Of a stretch of DNA of 64,000 bases, positions 39,819 to 50,053 are shown one piece after another. The stretch lies in NCBI GenBank assembly GCA_023404095.1, contig JAEYDD010000053.1, positions 4,850 through 68,849 of the forward strand, written 5' to 3'. Within the stretch, counting starts at the first letter, position 1. Every line of letters starts with the position of its first letter. The notes under the pieces were generated by a model. The model searched no databases, was not told the DNA's origin, and saw nothing but the letters and a program-made list of their open reading frames with translations. The translations under genes were made by a program, and so were the position numbers. This DNA is from Pseudomonadota bacterium (lineage in GTDB: Bacteria > Pseudomonadota > Alphaproteobacteria > Rhizobiales > Rhizobiaceae).

Positions 39819-40781
39819 ATGAACATGAAAATTGCATCGACACTGAAGGCATCGGCTCTGGCTGCAGTCTCGCTTGTCGCGCTTGGCGTCGGCAGCGCAC
39901 TGGCCGCAGAGGCCGAGAGCTGTGGCAAGGTCCGCTTCTCCGATGTCGGCTGGACCGATATCACCGCCACCACCGCAACCGCCTCGGCGATCCTCAAGGG
40001 CCTCGGCTACGAGACCGAAACCACCGTCCTGTCGGTCCCGGTCACCTACACCTCGCTCGCCAACAAGGATATCGACGTCTTCCTGGGCAACTGGATGCCG
40101 ACCATGGAAGCCGACATCAAGCCGTTCCGCGAGGCCGGTACGGTGGAAACCGTCCGCGAGAACCTGGAGGGCGCCAAGTACACGCTCGCCACCAATGCCA
40201 AGGGTGCCGATCTCGGCATCAAGGACTTCAAGGACATCGCCGCACAGAAGGACGCCCTCGGCGGCAAGATCTACGGCATCGAGCCCGGCAACGACGGCAA
40301 CCGCCTGATCATCGAAATGGTCGACAAGGGCAGCTTCGACCTCAAGGGCTTCGAGGTCGTGGAATCGTCGGAGCAGGGCATGCTCGCCGAAGTGGCCCGC
40401 GCAGAGCAGGACGGCGCACCGATCGTCTTCCTCGGCTGGGAGCCGCATCCGATGAACGCCAACTTCAAGCTGACCTATCTGACCGGCGGCGACGATGTCT
40501 TCGGCCCGAACTTCGGCGGCGCGACGGTCTACACCAACGTCCGCCAGGGCTACACCACCGAATGCCCGAACGTCGGGAAGCTCTTGCAGAACCTCAAGTT
40601 CACGCTGGAGATGGAAAACCAGATCATGGGCAAGATCCTCAACGACGGCGAGACCCCGGACGCGGCAGCGACCGCCTGGCTGAAGGCCAATCCCGCCGCG
40701 ATCGAGCCTTGGCTGGCAGGCGTCACGACCAAGGACGGCGGCGATGGCCTTACGGCCGTGAAGACCGCGCTCGGTCTCTGA
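39819..40781 (+). CDS. choX: Choline ABC transporter substrate-binding protein
   Basis: VRFSDVGWTDI, FLGNWMP, YGIEPGNDGN, LGWEPHPMN. Confidence 0.9.
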   Translation: MNMKIASTLKASALAAVSLVALGVGSALAAEAESCGKVRFSDVGWTDITATTATASAILKGLGYETETTVLSVPVTYTSLANKDIDVFLGNWMPTMEADIKPFREAGTVETVRENLEGAKYTLATNAKGADLGIKDFKDIAAQKDALGGKIYGIEPGNDGNRLIIEMVDKGSFDLKGFEVVESSEQGMLAEVARAEQDGAPIVFLGWEPHPMNANFKLTYLTGGDDVFGPNFGGATVYTNVRQGYTTECPNVGKLLQNLKFTLEMENQIMGKILNDGETPDAAATAWLKANPAAIEPWLAGVTTKDGGDGLTAVKTALGL

Positions 40782-40788
40782 GCATGGC

Positions 40789-40816
40789 AAAGGCGGGACA
40801 CGGTCCCGCCTTTTTT
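40789..40816 (+). terminator. Intra-operon hairpin with U-tract after choX
   Basis: AAAGGCGGGAC-acg-GTCCCGCCTTTTTT. Confidence 0.75.
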
Positions 40817-40971
40817 CGACCGTGCGAAGCGATCTGTCGCCCATAGACACATCGACTTCACGATCGTCTGGTGATCTTCTGGTCCCGCCGCACTGCCGCT
40901 GCATGCCGTTGGGGGCAGCAGGCAGGATGGGGGCGTGAACCCGGCAACACTTGGAAGGCAGGTACGATTCC

Positions 40972-41844
40972 GTGGATTGGCTGACGAACATCAAACTGCC
41001 CATTGGCCCCTGGGCCAAGAGCGCGGTCACCTGGCTGACCACGAACGGCAAGGACCTCTTCGACCTGCTCAAGGTCGTCCTGCAGGCGGGCATCGATGCC
41101 ATCCTGTTCCTGATGCAGGGGCCGTTCTCCAGCGACCAGGGCAGGTTTGCCTATGCGCTGGCGCTGATCGCGCTGATTACGCTCGTTTCCTGGTATCTGC
41201 GCCGGTCGCTCGGCGTGACGCTCTTCACGCTCCTCGGCCTGCTCCTGATCGTCAACCAGGGCTACTGGAAGGAGACGACCGAGACGCTTGCGCTCGTTCT
41301 CGCCGCCACCGGCGTCAGCATGGCCGTCGGCATCCCGCTCGGGATCGCCGCGGCCCGCCGCCCGGTGTTCTACGCCTTCCTGCGCCCCGTGCTCGACCTG
41401 ATGCAGACGATTCCCACCTTCGTCTACCTGATCCCTGCGCTGATCCTGTTCGGCCTCGGCATGGTGCCCGGGCTGATCGCCACCGTCATCTTCGCCATCC
41501 CCGCCCCCATCCGCCTGACGCGGCTTGGCATCATCTCCACGCCCGAGTCGCTGGTGGAGGCCGCACAGGCCTTCGGAGCCACGCCGTCCCAGGTGCTGCG
41601 CAAGGTGGAATTGCCCTTCGCCACCCCGCAGATCATGGCCGGCCTGACCCAGACGATCATGCTGTCGCTGTCGATGGTCGTCATCGCAGCACTCGTCGGC
41701 GCCAAGGGTCTTGGCGTGCCAGTCGTTCGTGCACTGAACACGGTGAACATTTCCATGGGCTTCGAGGCCGGCCTGTGCATCGTCATCCTGGCGATCATTC
41801 TCGACCGCCTGTTCCGCTCTGCCGACGAAGGAGAAGGCGCATGA
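40972..41844 (+). CDS. choW: Choline ABC transporter permease
   Basis: LDLMQTIPTFVYLIP, EAAQAFG, MLSLSMVVIAALVGA; GTG start. Confidence 0.9.
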   Translation: MDWLTNIKLPIGPWAKSAVTWLTTNGKDLFDLLKVVLQAGIDAILFLMQGPFSSDQGRFAYALALIALITLVSWYLRRSLGVTLFTLLGLLLIVNQGYWKETTETLALVLAATGVSMAVGIPLGIAAARRPVFYAFLRPVLDLMQTIPTFVYLIPALILFGLGMVPGLIATVIFAIPAPIRLTRLGIISTPESLVEAAQAFGATPSQVLRKVELPFATPQIMAGLTQTIMLSLSMVVIAALVGAKGLGVPVVRALNTVNISMGFEAGLCIVILAIILDRLFRSADEGEGA

Positions 41845-42884
41845 CCGAGGCTGTCGTCTTCGACAACGTCGACATCATCTTCGGCGAAAAGCCCGAACGC
41901 GCGCTGGCCATGGTCGATTCCGGCAGGACCCGCGACGAGATCGGCCGCGAAACCGGCCTCGTCATGGGTGTCGCCGGCGCATCGCTCGCCATCCACGAGG
42001 GCGAGATCCTGGTACTGATGGGCCTTTCCGGCTCCGGCAAATCGACGCTCCTTCGCGCCGTGAACGGTCTTGCACCCGTCGTGCGCGGCGGGGTTCAGGT
42101 GAAGACCGGCAACGGCGCGCTCAACCCCTACAGCTGTTCGCCGAAGGCGCTGCGCGATTTCCGCATGCACACCGTCTCCATGGTATTCCAGCAGTTCGCC
42201 TTGCTGCCCTGGCGCACGGTCGCCGACAATGTCGGCTTCGGGCTGGAACTTGCCGGCATGCCGGAAGCCGAGCGCAAGGCCCGCGTCGATGAGCAGCTTA
42301 AGCTCGTCAACCTGACGCAGTGGGCCGGCCGAAAGGTCAACGAACTCTCGGGCGGCATGCAGCAGCGTGTGGGCCTTGCCCGCGCCTTTGCCACCGGCGC
42401 GCCGATCCTTCTGATGGACGAACCCTTCTCCGCCCTCGACCCGCTGATCCGAACGCGCCTGCAGGACGAACTGCTCGAATTCCAGCGCCGCCTGAAGAAG
42501 ACGATCATCTTCGTCAGCCACGATCTCGATGAGGCCTTCCGCATCGGCAACCGGATCGCCATCATGGAAGGCGGCCGGATCATCCAGTGCGGCACGCCGC
42601 AGGACATCGTCAAGAACCCGGCGAACCAGTATGTGGCGGACTTCGTGCAGAACATGAACCCCATCAACATGCTGACGGCGCAGGACGTAATGCAGACGGG
42701 CCTTGCCGGGCCTGCGGTCGGCGTCACCGCCACGGCCCGCCCCGATACGCCGCTGGTCGACATCCTCGACGCCATGTCGCGCCAGCCCGGCAATGTCGGC
42801 GTGGTCGAAAACGGGGCGATCGTCGGCATGATCAACGCGCAGAACGTCGTCGAAAGCCTGACCCGCCACCGCCGCCGCGAGTAA
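41841..42884 (+). CDS. choV: Choline ABC transporter ATP-binding protein
   Basis: GLSGSGKST, LSGGMQQRV, LLMDEPFSALD; ATGA overlap with choW. Confidence 0.92.
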   Translation: MTEAVVFDNVDIIFGEKPERALAMVDSGRTRDEIGRETGLVMGVAGASLAIHEGEILVLMGLSGSGKSTLLRAVNGLAPVVRGGVQVKTGNGALNPYSCSPKALRDFRMHTVSMVFQQFALLPWRTVADNVGFGLELAGMPEAERKARVDEQLKLVNLTQWAGRKVNELSGGMQQRVGLARAFATGAPILLMDEPFSALDPLIRTRLQDELLEFQRRLKKTIIFVSHDLDEAFRIGNRIAIMEGGRIIQCGTPQDIVKNPANQYVADFVQNMNPINMLTAQDVMQTGLAGPAVGVTATARPDTPLVDILDAMSRQPGNVGVVENGAIVGMINAQNVVESLTRHRRRE

Positions 42885-43073
42885 CGTCGGCGTGAACGCC
42901 GGGGCTGCGCGACAATGCCTGTCCTGCGCGGCCCAACTCACCGGATCCAACGTCGCACTGGAGCCTGTCTGGTTCGTTCGATCAGACGGACTGCAGTGCG
43001 TCCTTGTTTCGTTTGTCTTTCCGGGAGAAAAGGTTTCCATTTTCCCTGACAAACCCTACCAGGCGAGGCCAGC

Positions 43074-43847
43074 ATGACAGAGAACGACAAGGACGCGCCG
43101 AAGGTTTTGCGCGAGACCGACGACCAGGCGCGCCGAATGGCCCGGGTGCTGCTGCGCTCGGCGCGCAGTGCCGCACTCGCCGTGCTCGAGCCGGAGACCG
43201 GTCATCCCTTTGCCAGCCGGGTTCTGACGGGGATGGATATCGACGGCGTTCCGGTGATCCTGGTCTCGGCCCTTTCCGTCCATACGCAGGCGCTGCGGCG
43301 CGATCCCCGCTCCTCGCTCCTTGCCGGCGAACCCGGCAAGGGCGATCCCCTCGCCCATCCCCGTCTGACCGTCATCACCCGGGCCGAGGAAGTGGATCGC
43401 AACAGCGACGCACATGCCCGCCTGCGCGAACGTTTCGTCAGAAGGCATCCGAAGGCGCAACTCTACGTCGATTTTCCGGATTTCACCTTCTTCCGGCTTG
43501 TACCCCTGCGAGCCAATCTGAACGGTGGATTTGGCAAGGCCTATCTGCTGGAGGCAGAAGACCTTCTGATTCGCTCAGCCGTTCGCGAAGCCCTTGCCGG
43601 CCGCGAAGCTGCCGCAATCGACCACATGAACAGCGACCATGCGGACGCCGCCGGAATCTATGCCAGCCACTATCTCGGCGCGAAGAAAGGCAACTGGGTC
43701 ATCGCTGGAATCGATGCGGCCGGCATCGACCTCGCGGCAGGCGACCAACTGAAACGCCTTGAATTCCAACAGGAATTGACCGATCCGATGCAGTTGCGCA
43801 CGGTCCTGGCCGACCTGCTTCACGCCGCCCGCCCCCAACAAGGCTGA
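43074..43847 (+). CDS. HugZ / pyridoxamine 5'-phosphate oxidase-like protein
   Basis: GHPFAS, GKGDPLAHPRLT, LNGGFGKAY, IDHMNSDH. Confidence 0.87.
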   Translation: MTENDKDAPKVLRETDDQARRMARVLLRSARSAALAVLEPETGHPFASRVLTGMDIDGVPVILVSALSVHTQALRRDPRSSLLAGEPGKGDPLAHPRLTVITRAEEVDRNSDAHARLRERFVRRHPKAQLYVDFPDFTFFRLVPLRANLNGGFGKAYLLEAEDLLIRSAVREALAGREAAAIDHMNSDHADAAGIYASHYLGAKKGNWVIAGIDAAGIDLAAGDQLKRLEFQQELTDPMQLRTVLADLLHAARPQQG

Positions 43848-43975
43848 AGCACGAAACCGCTTCCGCGCCTACCCCCATTTCTGGCCCTTGATGTGTTTGG
43901 TTTTGTTTATATGCTAACAGTCGTACAGTACGGGACCGCACATATTGAATTTGATACGCATTGAAGGAGTTTCCA

Positions 43976-44311
43976 ATGGACACTTTTTCTGAAGACGAGC
44001 AAGCACAGGCGGAAGTTGCGACCAACTTCCTTTCGGCGGTGGCGAATCCCAAGCGCCTGCTGATCCTGAAGGTACTCGTCGGTGGAGAAATCGCTGTCGG
44101 CGCACTCGCACAGAAGGTCGGGCTCAGCCAGTCTGCCCTGTCCCAGCATCTGTCCAAGTTGCGCGCACAGAATCTCGTCTCCACGCGTCGTGACGCTCAG
44201 ACGATCTATTATTCCAGCAAGTCGGAGGCAGTTCTGACCATTCTGGACGCGATCGACAGCATCTTCAGTGACGCGCTCCCCCGCGACAGCAGACAGCTGC
44301 GCTACGCCTGA
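43976..44311 (+). CDS. nolR: ArsR-family regulator NolR
   Basis: ANPKRLLIL..VGALAQKVGLSQSALSQHLSKLRAQNLVSTRRDAQTIYYS closely matches the recalled rhizobial NolR sequence; AAGGAG RBS. Confidence 0.85.
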   Translation: MDTFSEDEQAQAEVATNFLSAVANPKRLLILKVLVGGEIAVGALAQKVGLSQSALSQHLSKLRAQNLVSTRRDAQTIYYSSKSEAVLTILDAIDSIFSDALPRDSRQLRYA

Positions 44312-44334
44312 GATCGACCTAAGAAGCCAATTCC

Positions 44335-44368
44335 AAACGCCCGGCGAAGCCACTTCGCCGGGCGTTTT
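44335..44368 (+). terminator. Terminator after nolR
   Basis: AAACGCCCGGCGAAG-cca-CTTCGCCGGGCGTTTT. Confidence 0.8.
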
Positions 44369-44430
44369 CCCTTGTTGTTTGGTGCGCGCGCGGGCTGGGC
44401 GGACTTGACGGCGCACGCCGCTTCGATAGT

Positions 44431-44446
44431 TTGACCAACAGGTAAA
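44431..44446. promoter_or_regulatory. RutR/PydR-like operator overlapping the aminotransferase promoter
   Basis: TTGACCAACAGGTAAA versus consensus TTGACCAnnTGGTCAA; CTTGAC -35 at 44404-44409. Confidence 0.6.
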
Positions 44447-44497
44447 AAAACCTGGCGGGAACTACTCCGCCAAGAAAACATGGCCCCGGAGATCCTC

Positions 44498-45823
44498 ATG
44501 TCCAATCGCCTGAACACCCCCAACGATATGCGTGCCTTCTGGATGCCGTTCACGGCAAACCGGCAGTTCAAGAAGGAACCGCGCCTCTTCGTCAGCGCCA
44601 AGGACATGCACTACCAGACCCATGACGGGCGTGAGGTTCTTGACGGCACTGCTGGGCTTTGGTGCGTCAATGCCGGTCACTGCCGTCCGAAGATCACCGA
44701 GGCGATCCGCGAACAGGCGGGCGAACTCGACTATGCGCCCGCCTTCCAGCTCGGCCACCCGAAAGCCTTCGAGCTCGCCAACCGCCTGGTCGACATCGCC
44801 CCCGAAGGCATGAACCATGTTCTCTACACCAATTCCGGTTCGGAATCGGTCGACACGGCACTGAAGGTCGCGCTTGCCTATCACCGCGCCAAGGGCGACG
44901 GTTCGCGCTTCCGCCTGATCGGCCGCGAACGCGGCTATCACGGCGTCAACTTCGGCGGCATCTCCGTCGGCGGCATCGTCTCAAACCGCAAGATGTTCGG
45001 CACGCTCCTCACCGGCGTCGACCACATGCCCCACACCCACCTTCCGGAAAAGAACGCCTTTACCCGCGGCCAGCCGGAACATGGCGGCGACCTCGCCAGC
45101 GAACTCGAGCGCATCGTCACCCTGCACGACGCCTCGACGATCGCCGCCGTCATCGTCGAGCCGGTCGCCGGCTCCACCGGCGTGCTGATCCCGCCGAAGG
45201 GCTACCTGCAGAAGCTGCGCGAGCTCTGCACGAAACACGGCATCCTGTTGATCTTCGATGAAGTCATCACCGGTTTCGGCCGCCTCGGCGCCCCGTTTGC
45301 CGCACAGTATTTCGACGTCAAGCCCGATATCATCACCACCGCCAAGGGCCTGACCAACGGCGTCATCCCGATGGGCGCCGTCTTCGTCACCTCGGAGATC
45401 CACGACGCCTTCATGAACGGCCCGGAACACCTGATCGAGTTCTTCCACGGCTACACCTATTCCGGCAATCCGATCGCGTCCGCCGCAGCCCTCGGCACCC
45501 TCGACACCTACAAGGAAGAGGGCCTTTTGACACGCGCCGCCCAACTCGCCTCCTACTGGGAGGACGGGCTCCATTCGCTGAAGGACTGCCCGAACGTCAT
45601 CGACATCCGCAACATCGGCCTGATCGGCGCGATCGAGCTGTCGCCGATCGCCGGCGAACCGACCAAGCGCGCCTTCTCCGCCTTCCTCAAGGCCTATGAG
45701 CGAGGCCTGCTGATCCGCACCACCGGCGACATCATCGCGTTGTCCCCGCCGCTGATCATCGAGAAGCACCATATCGACGAGCTGTTCGAGAAGCTGCGTG
45801 GCGTGCTGAAGGACAACATCTGA
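44498..45823 (+). CDS. Omega-amino acid (beta-alanine)--pyruvate aminotransferase, class III
   Basis: WMPFTANRQF, DGTAGLWC, NSGSES, LIFDEVITGFGRLG, AKGLTNG, HGYTYSG. Confidence 0.93.
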   Translation: MSNRLNTPNDMRAFWMPFTANRQFKKEPRLFVSAKDMHYQTHDGREVLDGTAGLWCVNAGHCRPKITEAIREQAGELDYAPAFQLGHPKAFELANRLVDIAPEGMNHVLYTNSGSESVDTALKVALAYHRAKGDGSRFRLIGRERGYHGVNFGGISVGGIVSNRKMFGTLLTGVDHMPHTHLPEKNAFTRGQPEHGGDLASELERIVTLHDASTIAAVIVEPVAGSTGVLIPPKGYLQKLRELCTKHGILLIFDEVITGFGRLGAPFAAQYFDVKPDIITTAKGLTNGVIPMGAVFVTSEIHDAFMNGPEHLIEFFHGYTYSGNPIASAAALGTLDTYKEEGLLTRAAQLASYWEDGLHSLKDCPNVIDIRNIGLIGAIELSPIAGEPTKRAFSAFLKAYERGLLIRTTGDIIALSPPLIIEKHHIDELFEKLRGVLKDNI

Positions 45824-45886
45824 CGCCGCGGCCCTGACATCGGCTCGGCAGCCGCCACATTGCGGCAAACCTTTCTAACGACGCGA

Positions 45887-46003
45887 CGTCATCCTCGGGC
45901 TTGTCCCGAGGATCCGGGGCGGTCCTGGAACCTTCTGAAAGGACGTTGCACCTTCGAATTCCCGGCAGCGTGGTGAAATGCTCGGGATGGGCCGGCATGA
46001 CGG
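45887..46003. repeat. CGTC-type REP doublet, degenerate
   Basis: CGTCATCCTCGGGCTTGTCCCGAGGATC ... ATGCTCGGGATGGGCCGGCATGACG. Confidence 0.7.
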
Positions 46004-46043
46004 ACGAGGAGCCGCGGGGCGACAACCCGAAACCGCCATGCCG

Positions 46044-46454
46044 CTAGAGGACCCGGTCCGCATCCGCCTTCGACGGCACCCAGCAGGCTTCCCGCCGCCC
46101 GAAGATCCGGTACCGGTTGCGCGCGATGAAGCGATAGAACGGATCGCGGATGACGCGCGGGACGAAGCGGAAGATCGTGGCAACCTTCCACGGCCAGCCA
46201 AGACCGGCATAGATCGCAAGAATGGCGTCGCTATCCCTCAGCATGGCGTCGCCATCGACGACGATGAGCGTTTCGGGTGCAGTCGGATCGATGCCGAAAC
46301 GGCGGTAGAGAGCGGCCCCGGCCGGATTCTGCATCGAGGCGAGGCGGAAGCGCCTTGCCCGGTCGTGCCGCAACACGAATTGCGCATTGGCGCAGCAGAG
46401 GGCGCATTGCGCGTCGAAGACGATGATCGGACCGGCTGCAGTATCCTGCTTCAT
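46044..46454 (-). CDS. DCC1-like thiol-disulfide oxidoreductase family (DUF393)
   Basis: IVFDAQCALC, RFRLASMQ, RDPFYRFIARNRYRIFGR..C. Confidence 0.9.
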   Translation of the reverse strand: MKQDTAAGPIIVFDAQCALCCANAQFVLRHDRARRFRLASMQNPAGAALYRRFGIDPTAPETLIVVDGDAMLRDSDAILAIYAGLGWPWKVATIFRFVPRVIRDPFYRFIARNRYRIFGRREACWVPSKADADRVL

Positions 46455-46713
46455 GAAAGCGATCCTATTTCGGCAGGGAACTACCTTCAACCGTCAGTCG
46501 ACAGGACGGCGGCAAGCATTCAGTCGCATGCCGCATGCGGCTTCAGCGGCCAGAAGGCGACACGCGTCGGCGAGGTTCGGATTTTCTGCCGGAGAGATTT
46601 GAAACGACTGGCATTTGCTGCATTGTTGCGGTCTGTCATTACTGCCCGCCACCAGGCCGCACCGGCGGCCGGCCCCGGTTCGATCGCCGGGTGGCCATCC
46701 AGAAAGGAAGCTC

Positions 46714-47583
46714 ATGTCCAGGCTCACCCGCATTCAAAGCGAAGCCCTCGCCGTGGACGTGTCCACCCTCGGCGCCGAGATGCAGTCGCTGACCACGCGA
46801 GACGGACGACAATGGCTGTGGCATGGCGACGCCGCCTGGTGGTCTGGCCGCGCGCCGCTTCTCTTCCCGATCGTCGGCAAGGCGCCCGACGACAGGGTGG
46901 CGATCGGTGGCGCGCGCTACCCGATGAAGCAGCACGGCTTTGCCCGGCGCAGCGAATTCGCCCTGGCACAGTCCGGCAAAGACTTCTGCCGGCACGAACT
47001 GAAGGCCAGCGCCGAGACGCGGGCCGCCTATCCCTTCGATTTCTCACTGGTACTGGAGCACCGCCTCGACGGAGCAGTTCTCTCCTTGACCGCCACCGTG
47101 ACGAACGAGGGCACCGACATGATGCCCTACGGCATCGGCTTTCACCCCGCCTTCCTCTGGCCGCTGCCGGGCGGCGAAGGCAAACCGCACACTGTCACGC
47201 TCGGCAACGGCGCAGAGCCGCCGCTAACAAGGCTGCATGACGGGCTCCTGGCCGCCGACCACCTCCCCTCGCCCTTCCATGCCGGCCGCCTCACGCTGGA
47301 ACCCGGCTTCTTCGAGGCCGACGCCATGATCTTCCCGGAAGGCACTGGCTCCGAGCTGATTTATGCCGCAACCGGGGGGCCGAGCCTCAAGTTTCGCTTC
47401 GAAAACCTTCCCAATCTGGCCCTGTGGCAGAAGCCGGGCGCCCCGTTCCTCTGCATCGAACCCTGGCACGGCATGGCCGCCCATGCCGGCGGCACCGCCG
47501 AACTGACCGAGCGCCCCTTCACCACCGCGCTGGCAGCAGGGGAAAGTGCAAACTACGGCTTTTCGGTCGAACTGCCCACGTGA
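46714..47583 (+). CDS. Aldose 1-epimerase family protein
   Basis: WWSGRAPLLFPIVG, QHGFARR, YPFDF, GFHPAF, FLCIEPWHG. Confidence 0.92.
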   Translation: MSRLTRIQSEALAVDVSTLGAEMQSLTTRDGRQWLWHGDAAWWSGRAPLLFPIVGKAPDDRVAIGGARYPMKQHGFARRSEFALAQSGKDFCRHELKASAETRAAYPFDFSLVLEHRLDGAVLSLTATVTNEGTDMMPYGIGFHPAFLWPLPGGEGKPHTVTLGNGAEPPLTRLHDGLLAADHLPSPFHAGRLTLEPGFFEADAMIFPEGTGSELIYAATGGPSLKFRFENLPNLALWQKPGAPFLCIEPWHGMAAHAGGTAELTERPFTTALAAGESANYGFSVELPT

Positions 47584-47660
47584 GATAGTGGTCTTGGCCC
47601 GCTGTCGCCTTGACCGGGCACCCTTGCATTGTCGGAAGACACCGAAATCCGGAGACCGCC

Positions 47661-49355
47661 ATGACCGACTTGGAACGCCGCATCGACCAGGGCACGGGGC
47701 GCGACCCCGCCGACATCGTGCTCAAGGGCGGCCGGTTCTTCGACCTCGTTACCGGTGAACTCGTCGCCTCCGACATCGCGATTTGCGGCGAACGGATCGT
47801 CGGCACCTGCGAGGCCTATGAGGGGCGCGAGGAGATCGATATTTCCGGCTGCATCGTCGTTCCGGGCTTCATCGACACCCACCTGCACATCGAAAGCTCA
47901 CTCGTCACCCCGCACGAGTTCGACCGCTGCGTGCTGCCGCATGGCGTGACGACGGCGATCTGCGATCCGCACGAGATCGCCAACGTGCTTGGCGAAGACG
48001 GCATCCGGTACTTCCTCGATTCCGCCGAACGAACGATCATGGATATCCGCGTTCAGCTGTCGAGCTGCGTGCCGGCGACGCATCTGGAAACCTCTGGCGC
48101 CGACCTGCCGGTCGAAAAACTCCTCCCCTTCCGCCACCATCCGAAAGTGATCGGGTTGGCCGAGTTCATGAATTTTCCCGGCGTGATCCACAAGGACCCG
48201 GGCTGCATGGCCAAGCTCGAAGCCTTCCAGGGTGGCCATATCGACGGCCACGCGCCGCTGCTCTCCGGCCGCGATCTCAACGGCTATCTCTCAGCCGGCA
48301 TCCGCACCGACCACGAATGCACATCCGCCGAGGAGGCGCTGGAAAAGATCAGGAAGGGCATGCACATCCTGATCCGCGAGGGTTCCGTGTCGAAGGACCT
48401 GCTGGCGCTGATGCCGCTCTTCACCGAACGGCTGTCACCCTTCATCGCGCTGTGCACCGACGACCGCAACCCGCTCGACATCGCCGAGCAGGGTCATCTC
48501 GACCACATGATCCGCACCGCCATCGCCCATGGCCGCGCCCCGCTTGCCGTCTACCGCGCCGCCTCGATCTCGGCGGCGAATGCCTTCGGCCTGCACGACC
48601 GCGGGCTGATCGCACCCGGCTGGCGGGCCGACCTCGTCGTCATCGACACGCTAGAGGATTGTCGCGCCGACATGGTCTTTTCGGCCGGCCGCCGCGTCAG
48701 CGACGCGCTGTTTGCCGGTCGCAAGCCTGTTGAACCCGTCGGCCTCGACAGCGTCAGGGCAAGGGAGGTGAAGGCCGCGCATTTCGCCGTGCCGGTGACG
48801 GAAGGCGAGACGCCTGTCATCGGCGTCCTGCCGGGCAAGATCATCACCGAGCATCGTCGCTTTCGCCTGCCGGCAAAGGGTAACCAGACGGACGTCGATC
48901 TCGCATCCGACATCATCAAGGTCGCCGTCATCGAGCGGCACGGCAGGAACGGCAACCACGCCAACGGCTTCGTCCAGGGGTTCGGCCTGAAGAAGGGCGC
49001 CATCGCCTCGACCGTCGGGCATGACAGCCACAACATCTGCGTGGTCGGCGTCGACGAGGATGACATGGCCTTTGCCGCAAACCGCCTGGGCGAGATCGGC
49101 GGCGGCTTCGTCGTCGTCGAGGGCGGCAGGGTCACCGGCGAGATCGCGCTCCCCGTCGCCGGACTGATGAGCCTCGAGCCGTTCGAGGTGGTCCGCGATA
49201 CGCTGCATCATCTCCGCCAGGCGGCCCTCGCGCTCGGTGCGACGCTGGAGGAGCCCTTCCTGCAACTCGCTTTTCTGCCGCTGCCGGTCATCCCCCACCT
49301 GAAGATTTCCGACCGCGGCATGGTCGACGTTGACCGGTTCGAACTGATCGGGTGA
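47661..49355 (+). CDS. ade: Adenine deaminase
   Basis: [48 protein letters not shown]. Confidence 0.96.
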   Translation: MTDLERRIDQGTGRDPADIVLKGGRFFDLVTGELVASDIAICGERIVGTCEAYEGREEIDISGCIVVPGFIDTHLHIESSLVTPHEFDRCVLPHGVTTAICDPHEIANVLGEDGIRYFLDSAERTIMDIRVQLSSCVPATHLETSGADLPVEKLLPFRHHPKVIGLAEFMNFPGVIHKDPGCMAKLEAFQGGHIDGHAPLLSGRDLNGYLSAGIRTDHECTSAEEALEKIRKGMHILIREGSVSKDLLALMPLFTERLSPFIALCTDDRNPLDIAEQGHLDHMIRTAIAHGRAPLAVYRAASISAANAFGLHDRGLIAPGWRADLVVIDTLEDCRADMVFSAGRRVSDALFAGRKPVEPVGLDSVRAREVKAAHFAVPVTEGETPVIGVLPGKIITEHRRFRLPAKGNQTDVDLASDIIKVAVIERHGRNGNHANGFVQGFGLKKGAIASTVGHDSHNICVVGVDEDDMAFAANRLGEIGGGFVVVEGGRVTGEIALPVAGLMSLEPFEVVRDTLHHLRQAALALGATLEEPFLQLAFLPLPVIPHLKISDRGMVDVDRFELIG

Positions 49356-49360
49356 GCAGG

Positions 49361-49606
49361 ATGCCGGTTGTCTTTCGGATTGGTGCATTCACCTTTTTCT
49401 TCTACTCGAACGAAGGCGATCCCAGAGAGCCGCTTCACATCCATGTCCGCAGTTCAGGCGCTGAGGCGAAAGTATGGCTTGATCCCACTATCGGCATCGC
49501 CGACAGCCGCGGCTTCAACGCGAAAGAGCTCTCTGTTATCATCCGTCACGTCATCGACAACCGCGAGATCATCCGGAGCGCATGGAATGAACATTTTGGC
49601 GACTGA
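49361..49606 (+). CDS. DUF4160 family protein (putative toxin)
   Basis: FFFYSNEGDPREPLHIHVR..EAKVWL..WNEHFG. Confidence 0.85.
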   Translation: MPVVFRIGAFTFFFYSNEGDPREPLHIHVRSSGAEAKVWLDPTIGIADSRGFNAKELSVIIRHVIDNREIIRSAWNEHFGD

Positions 49607-49832
49607 CGTCCGCTTCGATGACGACACGATGTGGGTTGATCTTGACGACGGCCGCACGCTCGGCGTTCCGCTTGCATGGTTTCCCCGCCTCCTGGCCGCA
49701 TCCGCCGATGACCGTGGCCAATATGAAATCAGCCCCGGCGGCCTTCATTGGGACAAGCTGGATGAGGACATATCCATCGCCGGACTTTTGGCCGGCCGTG
49801 GCGACATGACGCGCAAACGCCCCGCGGCCTGA
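49587..49832 (+). CDS. DUF2442 family protein (putative antitoxin)
   Basis: LDDGRTLGVPLAWFPRL..GLHWDKLDEDISIAGLL; overlaps the DUF4160 gene end. Confidence 0.88.
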   Translation: MNILATDVRFDDDTMWVDLDDGRTLGVPLAWFPRLLAASADDRGQYEISPGGLHWDKLDEDISIAGLLAGRGDMTRKRPAA

Positions 49833-49853
49833 GTTTGGATCGGAAAGCTCGAG

Positions 49854-50051
49854 ATGTCGAAGCTTGAGATGACTGAGAAGGCCCTGCGGCGCTCGGCACG
49901 GCAGTGGGACGAGGCTTTCGAACGCGACGCCCTCTCGCACGAGACCCTGTGGAAACTTGCGGACGAAGCTCTGGAGCATCGCGCGGGCAGAACGACAGCG
50001 CTCTTCAAGCCGACCGGCAGTCCCTCCGCAGACGACAAGCTTCTGAAGTAA
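49854..50051 (+). pseudogene. Antitoxin-like small ORF, possibly a truncated remnant
   Basis: QWDEAFE..LWKLADEALEHRAGRT resembles small TA antitoxin C-termini; no toxin follows. Confidence 0.35.
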
Positions 50052-50053
50052 CC

